Origin: Escherichia phage 04086
Length of the DNA: 64,000 nt
Direction: 5' to 3' (one strand)
Sequence record: OR842557
Part shown: piece after piece, positions 8,483 through 16,423 of the stretch
How positions within the stretch are numbered: position 1 is the stretch's first letter
Layout: the number at the start of each line of letters is the position of its first letter
Made by a program: the position numbers and the translations under genes
The notes under the pieces: model-generated
The model's database searches: none
Told to the model about the DNA's origin: nothing
What the model saw: the letters and a program-made list of their open reading frames with translations, nothing else

Positions 8483-11194
8483 ATGCAAGAATTCTATTTG
8501 ACAGTCGAACAAATCGGTGATAATATTCTCGAACGTTACATCGATAAAAATGGTAACGAACGTAGTCGTGAAGTTCCATACAAGCCTACAATGTTTATGC
8601 ATGCTAATCCAGAGCAAGCCGTAAAATACATTGATATCTATGGTAAGGGTTGTGTTAAGAAAGAATTCGACTCTATGCGTGATGCATCCCAATGGATGAA
8701 ACGTATGGATGATATGGGCCTCGAAGCCCTGGGTATGGACGACTATAAATTAGCCTATTTGTCTGATACCTATCGTAAAGAAATCAAATATGATTCTTCT
8801 AAGATTCGTATTGCTAACTTCGACATCGAGGTAACATCTCCTGATGGATTCCCTGAACCAGCTCAGGCTAAACATCCTATCGATGCCATTACCCACTACG
8901 ACTCGATTGACGATAAATTCTATGTATTCGACCTTTTAGTTTCGCCTTATGGTACTGTTGAAGAGTGGTCGATTAAAATCGCTGAGAAACTCCAAGACGA
9001 AGGTGGTGACGAAGTTCCACAGGAAATCATTGACAAAATCGTTTATCTTCCGTTTAATTCTGAAGAAGAAATGATGCTTGAGTATCTGAATTTCTGGCAA
9101 CAGAAAACTCCTGTGATTTTGACTGGATGGAACGTTGAATCATTTGACGTGCCGTACGTTTATAACCGTCTGAAAAATCTGTTCGGTGAGAACACTGCTA
9201 AGCGATTAAGCCCACATCGTAAAACTCGTGTTAAAGTTATCGAGAACATGTACGGTGCTCGTGAAATCATTACTTTGTTCGGCATCTCTGTTCTGGATTA
9301 TATCGACCTCTATAAAAAATTCAGCTTCACCAACCAGCCTTCTTATTCTCTGGATTATGTTTCTGAATATGAATTGAAAGTAGGTAAGTTGAAATATGAT
9401 GGTCCAATCTCCAAGTTACGTGAGACGAACCACCAACGATATATTTCCTATAATATTATCGACGTATATCGTGTAGTGCAGATTGATATGAAACGCCAGT
9501 TCATTCTTCTGAGTTTGGACATGGGTTATTATGCTAAGATGCAGATTCAGTCGGTGTTTAGTCCAATTAAGACTTGGGACGCTATTATCTTTAATAGCCT
9601 TAAAGAGCAAGGCAAGGTAATTCCACAAGCTCGTTCACACGTGGTTCAACCTTATCCTGGTGCTTTCGTTAAGGAACCTATTCCTAACGCTTACAAATAT
9701 GTAATGAGTTTCGACCTTACATCTCTGTACCCGAGTATCATTCGACAAGTGAATATAAGCCCAGAGACCATCGCAGGGACATTCGCTAACGCACCGATAC
9801 ATGAATATATTGCCGGAACAGCTCCGCGTCCTAGCGACGTCTACAGTTGCTCTCCTAACGGCATGATGTACTATAAAGACCGCGATGGTGTGATTCCTAC
9901 AGAAATCACTAAGGTGTTCTTACAACGTAAAGAACATAAAGGTTATATGCTTGCAGCTCAACGTAATGGTGAGTTAATTAAAGAAGCATTAGAAAATCCT
10001 AATCTCTCGGCTGATAGTCCACTGGATATCGATTATCGTTTTGACTTCTCTGACGAAATCAAAGCCAAGATTAAAACGCTGTCAGCACCTTCTTTAAGAG
10101 AAATGTTGTTCAGAGCTGAACGTACCGAAGTTGCAGGTATGACTGCTCAGATTAACCGTAAGTTGCTTATCAACTCCCTTTATGGTGCACTTGGTAACGT
10201 ATGGTTCCGTTATTACGACCTCAGGAACGCAACTGCAATCACACTGTTTGGTCAAATGGCCCTCCAATGGATTGAACGTAAGGTTAACGAATATCTGAAT
10301 AGCGTGTGTAAGACTGAAAATCAGAAGTTCGTGCTCTATGGTGATACTGACTCCATTTATGTTAAGGCGGATGCAATCATCAATAAAGTAGGCGAAGACA
10401 AATTCCGTGATACTAACCACTGGGTTGACTTCTTAGATAAATTTGCACGTGAACGTATGGAACCGGCTATTGATGCAGGCTTCCGTGAGATGTGCGAGTA
10501 CATGAACAACAAACAGCACTTGATGTTCATGGACCGAGAAGCTATCGCAGGTCCTCCACTTGGTTCTAAAGGTCTTGGTGGATTCTGGACAGGTAAGAAA
10601 CGTTATGCACTGAACGTTTGGGACATGGAAGGTACTCGTTATGCCGAACCGCACTTGAAAATCATGGGCCTCGAAACTCAGAAATCAAGTACACCTAAAG
10701 CAGTTCAGAAAGCTCTGAAGGAATGTATCCGTCGTATGCTTCAGGAAGGTGAGGCATCTTTGCAAGAATATTTCAAACAGTTTAATAAGGAATTTAACGA
10801 ACTCAACTATGTAAGCATTGCAGCAGTATCCAGTGCTAACAACATCGAGAAATATAATGAAGGTGGATTCCCGGGTTCTAAATGTCCATACCACATCAAA
10901 GGTTGCTTAGCTTACATGCGTGCTTCTGCAGGTGATTTGACTATGCCTCGTATCGTTGATGGTGAAAAGGTATATGTACTGCCACTTAAAGAAGGCAACC
11001 CATTCGGTGAAGCATGTATGGCATGGCCGTCAGGTATTGAACTCCCGATTCAGATTCGTGACCAAGTCCTCCGTTGGATGGACTACAACGTACTGTTCCA
11101 AAAGACCTTTATCAAACCTCTGACCGGTTTTACCGAGTCTGCTAAAATCGACTACGAGAAAAAAGCAACATTATTTGACATGTTCGACTTTTAA
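8483..11194 (+). CDS. 43: DNA polymerase gp43 (family B)
   Basis: exo I FDIE, DLTSLYPS, KLLINSLYG, YGDTDS; 903 aa; start at MQEFYL with AAAGGA RBS (ORF-track 5' extension rejected). Confidence 0.95.
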   Translation: MQEFYLTVEQIGDNILERYIDKNGNERSREVPYKPTMFMHANPEQAVKYIDIYGKGCVKKEFDSMRDASQWMKRMDDMGLEALGMDDYKLAYLSDTYRKEIKYDSSKIRIANFDIEVTSPDGFPEPAQAKHPIDAITHYDSIDDKFYVFDLLVSPYGTVEEWSIKIAEKLQDEGGDEVPQEIIDKIVYLPFNSEEEMMLEYLNFWQQKTPVILTGWNVESFDVPYVYNRLKNLFGENTAKRLSPHRKTRVKVIENMYGAREIITLFGISVLDYIDLYKKFSFTNQPSYSLDYVSEYELKVGKLKYDGPISKLRETNHQRYISYNIIDVYRVVQIDMKRQFILLSLDMGYYAKMQIQSVFSPIKTWDAIIFNSLKEQGKVIPQARSHVVQPYPGAFVKEPIPNAYKYVMSFDLTSLYPSIIRQVNISPETIAGTFANAPIHEYIAGTAPRPSDVYSCSPNGMMYYKDRDGVIPTEITKVFLQRKEHKGYMLAAQRNGELIKEALENPNLSADSPLDIDYRFDFSDEIKAKIKTLSAPSLREMLFRAERTEVAGMTAQINRKLLINSLYGALGNVWFRYYDLRNATAITLFGQMALQWIERKVNEYLNSVCKTENQKFVLYGDTDSIYVKADAIINKVGEDKFRDTNHWVDFLDKFARERMEPAIDAGFREMCEYMNNKQHLMFMDREAIAGPPLGSKGLGGFWTGKKRYALNVWDMEGTRYAEPHLKIMGLETQKSSTPKAVQKALKECIRRMLQEGEASLQEYFKQFNKEFNELNYVSIAAVSSANNIEKYNEGGFPGSKCPYHIKGCLAYMRASAGDLTMPRIVDGEKVYVLPLKEGNPFGEACMAWPSGIELPIQIRDQVLRWMDYNVLFQKTFIKPLTGFTESAKIDYEKKATLFDMFDF

Positions 11195-11196
11195 GT

Positions 11197-11239
11197 GTTT
11201 ACATACCACAAGGAACGTGGTAGTATCCTTCCTATCAAC
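11197..11239 (+). promoter_or_regulatory. early promoter (GTTTAC -35, TAGTAT -10, downstream CCTATCAAC box)
   Basis: sigma70-like hexamers; member of repeated promoter family. Confidence 0.6.
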
Positions 11240-11256
11240 TACATGAGGAAATTACA

Positions 11257-11493
11257 ATGGAAGCTTTAATCGTTAGTGCTGGTGTTTTAGGATTCGGTTC
11301 TCTGGTTATTATGTTCATCGGTTACTTTTTACCATGGATTCTGGCTCTTCTGCGAGGCACTCGTAGTAATGTAGGAATTTTCTTCCTTAATCTCCTGTTA
11401 GGCTGGACGATGATTGGTTGGGTAGTGGCTTTAATCTGGGCTATCGTCGCTGAACGTAAATCAAACGCACAAATCATTATTGTTAAACAATGA
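11257..11493 (+). CDS. imm: probable superinfection immunity membrane protein Imm
   Basis: 78-aa two-TM protein with LLGWT..GW..AL.WA motif; adjacent to gene 43 as in T4. Confidence 0.55.
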   Translation: MEALIVSAGVLGFGSLVIMFIGYFLPWILALLRGTRSNVGIFFLNLLLGWTMIGWVVALIWAIVAERKSNAQIIIVKQ

Positions 11494-11627
11494 AAATAAT
11501 TGTTTTATTTCTTATAATGGCTGCCTTTACCGTTTATTGGGCAGTGGCAATTCCACCAATGATTCCGACACTAATCATCGGATGGATTATTCTTATAGCA
11601 CAAATTAAGTATAACTGTTTTAATTGA
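11490..11627 (+). CDS. small hydrophobic membrane peptide (45 aa)
   Basis: ATGA overlap with imm stop; entirely hydrophobic; below ORF-track cutoff. Confidence 0.35.
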   Translation: MKIIVLFLIMAAFTVYWAVAIPPMIPTLIIGWIILIAQIKYNCFN

Positions 11628-11634
11628 GGATATT

Positions 11635-12135
11635 ATGAAAAAGTTAATTATCGCAATGAGTATGCTCCTATCAGGTTGCGCGGTCCAATATGGTGATGCA
11701 GTTTCGGCTGATGAAGTTGGTAAAGCTCGTATCGCAGCTGAACAGAAACAATTCGATGGCGAAATGAAATTCCGTGCCGGTTCTGGACTTGTGTATACCC
11801 GAGCTAATAATCAATGCGGTAATAACTGTGCAAAATATGCTCAACGAGAAATTGAATTCCAACGTGAACAAGAGTCCAAGCGTGAAGCGGTACTAGCCAA
11901 ACACCAGGCAGAAATGAAGCGCCAAGATGATTTGTACAAAAAGCAGAAACTGTATGCGATGTGCGTAAACCATATCAATCTACAGATTTCCATCCATGAG
12001 GCTCGTTATTACGAAATGCTCGAAACTGAGAGCTTCGGTAAAGCTCGTGATTATAAGAAACAAATCGATAAGCTCAAGACCAAAGTACCAGCGGCAATAG
12101 AACAGTGTATTGAAATCGGTAAAGATAAGATTTAA
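11635..12135 (+). CDS. predicted lipoprotein (166 aa)
   Basis: signal peptide with lipobox LLSGC; charged coiled-coil-like mature region. Confidence 0.6.
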   Translation: MKKLIIAMSMLLSGCAVQYGDAVSADEVGKARIAAEQKQFDGEMKFRAGSGLVYTRANNQCGNNCAKYAQREIEFQREQESKREAVLAKHQAEMKRQDDLYKKQKLYAMCVNHINLQISIHEARYYEMLETESFGKARDYKKQIDKLKTKVPAAIEQCIEIGKDKI

Positions 12136-12195
12136 GCAATACCAATTTATTAAAAATAGTGTATAATGTACCTACATTCACTTGAGGAACAGATA

Positions 12196-13869
12196 ATGAA
12201 AAAGGTTGTTATTTTAGGCGCGGGTCTTGGCTCACGGTTGTATCCAATTACCAACGAAATCCCGAAGGTACTGGTTAACTACAAACAACATACCGTATTA
12301 AAACATTTGTACGATTTGTATAGTAACCAATCGGATGAAATTATTCTGGTTATTCACAGCAAATTTAACGACCTCGTTAAAGGCTATATTAAATCCATTA
12401 ACATGATTAATAGTGATAAGCCTAAATTCACTATTCGTAACGTAGACGTGGCCAATGGTTCAGCTCATGCTATCGATTGCATTGCTGAAGATATCATTGG
12501 GCACAATGTCCTGTTTAACTGGTGTGACATCATTCCTGAAGGTCATAAGGTTGAGTGGGATAACGACTATTGCTATACTTACGGGACTGACTGTCGTTTT
12601 ACATTTGAAGAACCGTACTTGCGTGAAATTGGTACTGGCGGTGGTGTGGTTGGTTTGTATCAGGTGGCTAATTGGACAGGTTTTAACGGTCTGTATTATG
12701 GCGAAGACCTGGCCGACAACCTGGATTCAATGGTCCATTTGACTGAACGTAAGCTGGACTTTGTGGTTGATGTCGGTGACAAATTGAAACTGGCCAAGGC
12801 CCATGAAGATTCTGAAATTAACCGTGAATTTAATAAATTAGAGTTCACTGAGAATCTGGCTATTAAAGTACCAACTAACGAATTGGGTAAAGAAATCCAA
12901 TCTAAAGAAATCAATTGGTATAATTCTATTGATTCTGAATTCGTTCCTAGCATTGTAGACTTTGCTCCAGGCGAATTCATTAAAATGGAACGTATCTTTG
13001 GTCGTACCATGGCAGATGCCTACCGGTTTATGTCTAAAGAAACCAAAGTCCTCATGGTTTATAAGGTCATTAGTGCATTGCGTTCATTCGGCGGAACTAT
13101 CGATAACCCATCCGATGAGCAATGGTATTCTGATGTTAAGAAAGAAGTATTGGACAAGGTCCTTATTCGTAATGCTTCTATTGCCGGATTGATTGAAGGC
13201 TTTGCTCCACAGGGCATTACCCATGTTAACGACTTCAAGGTAGGCGACCCTGAAAAGCTTCTCCGTCACGCACTAGAAATTCTGTCTGAACATAAAGAAC
13301 CGTACCAACTTATTCATGGTGACCCGCACTACAGTAATATTATGCTGTCGGACGAAGGTGATATTAAAATCATCGACCCGCGTGGTTATTTTGGTAATAG
13401 TTCTAAAGGCCCTGCGATTTATGACGAAGCTAAGGTGCTTTATTCTATCGATGGTTATGACAAATTTAACTCTGACCCTCTATGGGGTGGTTTAACTCGT
13501 AACGGGACCCGTGTATTCGTTGATATTGAAAAGGTTATGCCTTTAGATGATATTCCAATGTGTACATTTAAGCACAAGCTCTGGATTGCTGTTATCTGGA
13601 TGGCATTGGCAGGTTACTTTAAAAATAACCCTCTGAAAGCTCTGGGTGCTTATTACAACGGTCTATATCAACTGAGTGTGCTGCTTAAGCGGCATCCTCG
13701 TAAGCGTAAGCTTATTACAGGTGAATTTGTCGATGAAGTTCGTGACCCTATTACGGCTCAAATTATCACTCGTTGTCCTGATAAGTGGGTTTTGCTTGAC
13801 CAGGAAACTGGTGTAAAATATAAACCTACAGGTTCTACTGAACTCCACAAACAATGGAAGAAAATTTAA
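12196..13869 (+). CDS. bifunctional nucleotidyltransferase / APH-like (anomeric sugar or alcohol) kinase
   Basis: N-terminus VVILGAGLGSRLYPITNEIPKVLV (GxGxRL..PK nucleotidyltransferase signature); C-terminus HGDPHYSNIM + IIDPRGYFG (Brenner motif of APH/choline-kinase fold); start at MKKVVIL with GAGGAA RBS (track start 12166 sits inside TATAAT). Confidence 0.75.
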   Translation: MKKVVILGAGLGSRLYPITNEIPKVLVNYKQHTVLKHLYDLYSNQSDEIILVIHSKFNDLVKGYIKSINMINSDKPKFTIRNVDVANGSAHAIDCIAEDIIGHNVLFNWCDIIPEGHKVEWDNDYCYTYGTDCRFTFEEPYLREIGTGGGVVGLYQVANWTGFNGLYYGEDLADNLDSMVHLTERKLDFVVDVGDKLKLAKAHEDSEINREFNKLEFTENLAIKVPTNELGKEIQSKEINWYNSIDSEFVPSIVDFAPGEFIKMERIFGRTMADAYRFMSKETKVLMVYKVISALRSFGGTIDNPSDEQWYSDVKKEVLDKVLIRNASIAGLIEGFAPQGITHVNDFKVGDPEKLLRHALEILSEHKEPYQLIHGDPHYSNIMLSDEGDIKIIDPRGYFGNSSKGPAIYDEAKVLYSIDGYDKFNSDPLWGGLTRNGTRVFVDIEKVMPLDDIPMCTFKHKLWIAVIWMALAGYFKNNPLKALGAYYNGLYQLSVLLKRHPRKRKLITGEFVDEVRDPITAQIITRCPDKWVLLDQETGVKYKPTGSTELHKQWKKI

Positions 13870-14228
13870 TGCATCTGTGTTTTGATATCGATAATACCAT
13901 TACTCACTGGCAAGATGACCGTGATTACGAAAACTTTAAACCGGACACCGAAATGGTGTCCATGATTAATAAGCTTTATGACGAAGGTCACGAGATTACA
14001 TTGTTCACTGCTCGTGGTATGACTTCATGTGGCCCTGGTCGAATCTTGGTTGAAGTAGTTCCTGCATTGGTTAAGAACCTTGAAAAGATCGGATTGAAAT
14101 ATCATAATCTGCTTACACATAAGCCGAGTTATACTTTTATCATCGATGACCGAGCAATCCGTCCTGACCATTTTAAAGAAATGGTTCGTGAAGGAACTCT
14201 TGAAACCTATAAGGCATATCATCCGTGA
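13869..14228 (+). CDS. HAD-superfamily phosphatase (small)
   Basis: motif I FDIDNTIT near N-terminus, LFTAR, IIDDR; start overlaps upstream stop (TAATG). Confidence 0.7.
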   Translation: MHLCFDIDNTITHWQDDRDYENFKPDTEMVSMINKLYDEGHEITLFTARGMTSCGPGRILVEVVPALVKNLEKIGLKYHNLLTHKPSYTFIIDDRAIRPDHFKEMVREGTLETYKAYHP

Positions 14229-14761
14229 ACCCAAAAATCATTGTTATCGACGGCCCGGATAATTCCGGGAAGTCTACTTTAATTGAATCACTTTTATCTG
14301 ATAAGAAATATCGTCTTATTGATTTCCCTAAAAAGATTAATGGCAAATGCATTTCATTAGGGACTGATAATGACAAGGCTTTAGTCGAGACGTTGTATAA
14401 GTTTTTAGACCCTAATTTCGTTTACATCCTTGACCGTGGTTATCCAAGTAATATAGTTTACTCGGGATTCCTTCGTGGTGAAATGGACCCTTATGTAGAA
14501 CTAGCAGATTGGATTGATTTCAAAAAAGAATTCAATATCATTGAGATTATTTTAACCCGTAATCCACTGGATAAAGACTTCGAAGACGACCTTATTAAAT
14601 TAACCAAAGATGAGTTCAACTTAACTATCCAAAAATATGAAGACTGTTTTAAAAATGTTTTTAAAGTTTTAAACCATGACGGATATAATAACTTGCTTAA
14701 CGTCGATATGGTAGAATTAAAACGTCTGAATGAATATATTGAAAATAAGGTGAATAAATGA
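14225..14761 (+). CDS. thymidylate-kinase-like P-loop (d)NMP kinase
   Basis: P-loop IDGPDNSGKST and DRGYPSNIVY (TMK DRY-like); GTG start overlapping upstream stop. Confidence 0.65.
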   Translation: MNPKIIVIDGPDNSGKSTLIESLLSDKKYRLIDFPKKINGKCISLGTDNDKALVETLYKFLDPNFVYILDRGYPSNIVYSGFLRGEMDPYVELADWIDFKKEFNIIEIILTRNPLDKDFEDDLIKLTKDEFNLTIQKYEDCFKNVFKVLNHDGYNNLLNVDMVELKRLNEYIENKVNK

Positions 14762-15456
14762 AACACATTACCGCTGTTAGTTTTGAAAACGCGTTTAAGC
14801 AAATGAACGAAGAAATCCTGGAAGCTCCACAGTTTGCAGTTGATTCTCGTATCGGCCGTTGTTATGAAATCGGTTCTGCTTCGGTAGAAGTACTGGATGC
14901 AAGCACCTATAAATTCACCGACCCTCGTATTAATCGTATCAACTATGATTATGCCGAATCTTTCTGGAAGTTTATGATTTCCGGTGGTACTGATGCCGCC
15001 GAAGCATTTAAGGAATACCCTAATGTTGCTAAGTTCATTGATAAGCCGAAAAGTGACGTATTGCCTGCAAACTTCAACACTTTCTATGGACCTCGAATTG
15101 TGGCCCAACTCCCAGCCCTACTTAAAGAGCTTAAAGAAAAGCCTAACTCGAGACGAGTTGTGTTCCAAATTCTCCAAGAACAAGACCAAGCCCTCCTTGA
15201 TTCTGACGAATCCTTAGAATATCCGTGTACCGATTCGGTAACATATTATATTCGTGATGGACGTCTGTATGCACACACTCATATGCGTTCACAGAACTGT
15301 GCTATCGTTATGCAGCTGGATTTCTATCTGCAGGGTAAACTGATGGCCTTTATTGCTGAACAGTGTGGTGTTGGTCTGGGTACGTATTCCCATACTATGG
15401 TTAGTGCACATGTATTTGAACGTGATTTTAACTACGTTCGAGGATTCCTGAAATGA
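14758..15456 (+). CDS. 42: thymidylate-synthase-fold pyrimidine hydroxymethylase (gene 42-like, divergent)
   Basis: PNSRR, catalytic Cys in EYPCTD, HMRSQN...QLD with Asp at the cytosine-specifying position; syntenic with T4 gene 42. Confidence 0.6.
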   Translation: MKHITAVSFENAFKQMNEEILEAPQFAVDSRIGRCYEIGSASVEVLDASTYKFTDPRINRINYDYAESFWKFMISGGTDAAEAFKEYPNVAKFIDKPKSDVLPANFNTFYGPRIVAQLPALLKELKEKPNSRRVVFQILQEQDQALLDSDESLEYPCTDSVTYYIRDGRLYAHTHMRSQNCAIVMQLDFYLQGKLMAFIAEQCGVGLGTYSHTMVSAHVFERDFNYVRGFLK

Positions 15457-16346
15457 GTTTGTTTATCGTTCCTATTTTCAGTATGCGTAGTTACGAAACA
15501 GGTGAATATGCCGTCCTTAAGGACGGCAATTTTCAACTCCATTTAAACCGTGCTTGCCCAGGTGATTATCTGGCTTATCCTAGAAATTCGAGCGATATCA
15601 AAGAATGTATTGAATTATTTCCTGAACTGAATTTCGTGCCGCTTTGGTATAAAGAAAATGCTTATGAGACCCGTAAACATTTTTGGTCCGAAAATGAGTT
15701 TGTCGTTGATTCGTTAATCGAATACTATGACTGCTCGGGATTAGTAACCGATATCACTGGTTATGATGGTGCTCAGACTGTACAATTCAACTTTAACATT
15801 ACAATGGACCCTGAAGTTCCTCGTTATTACATCGATGAGTTTATTGATACCGACGTGTCTTCAGTTGAACGTTCGATTTATACTACAGTCTTGAACCAAT
15901 GTCAGAAAGACGTCCTGGTGTCACGAGGTGTGTCCTCTGATAAGATTTTTGTAGACCAAAAGGTAATTAATCCGGCAGTAATTGAGCGTTACTCTGAAGG
16001 TCTAGCGCCTATTAAAATTGATGGTATTTTCCACCCATTCCGTATTTCGGATAAGTGTTATCAATTCGAAAGAGTTGTAGACCAAGCTGCGGCTGAAGGT
16101 GCTCGTCTTTATATCACCGACCCGAATGATTCGTTTAAACGTGAAGACTATCGTCCTGATGTAGAGATTATTAAATTCAAACCGAGTAAGGTTGAATATT
16201 ATCAGATTCTGAAATCAAGACCCCATATCATTTATCATGAGAACCCTGGTTTAGTATTCCATCCTGGTCTAGCTGAATTCATTTATTTCGGTGCCCATAT
16301 CCATTCCGAGCACGAAATGCCAAGTTATGAGGACGTGGTCCTTTAA
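15453..16346 (+). CDS. unknown protein in beta-gt syntenic slot (candidate DNA-modifying transferase)
   Basis: 297-aa ORF between TS-like gene and uvsX; no similarity to T4 beta-gt that I can recognise; function is inference from position. Confidence 0.55.
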   Translation: MSLFIVPIFSMRSYETGEYAVLKDGNFQLHLNRACPGDYLAYPRNSSDIKECIELFPELNFVPLWYKENAYETRKHFWSENEFVVDSLIEYYDCSGLVTDITGYDGAQTVQFNFNITMDPEVPRYYIDEFIDTDVSSVERSIYTTVLNQCQKDVLVSRGVSSDKIFVDQKVINPAVIERYSEGLAPIKIDGIFHPFRISDKCYQFERVVDQAAAEGARLYITDPNDSFKREDYRPDVEIIKFKPSKVEYYQILKSRPHIIYHENPGLVFHPGLAEFIYFGAHIHSEHEMPSYEDVVL

Positions 16347-16377
16347 CGCTGTAAATGTGAAGTGATATAATTACCCT
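16342..16377 (+). promoter_or_regulatory. uvsX promoter-like element containing GTGATATAATTACCCT
   Basis: perfect TATAAT; same 16-mer recurs upstream of gene 32. Confidence 0.45.
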
Positions 16378-16423
16378 ATCTTAAAACGTGAGTAAAATAT
16401 AATGATGCCTATGGAAAAATATA

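Noticed and set aside
441-15108. Long minus-strand ORFs in the track overlapping plus-strand genes (e.g. 441-752, 10094-10420, 14491-15108, 22538-22999, 35100-35429)
   Set aside because: They lie antisense within well-supported conserved genes, lack RBS and promoter signals, and several are simply mirror images of duplicated artefact sequence; treated as shadow ORFs.
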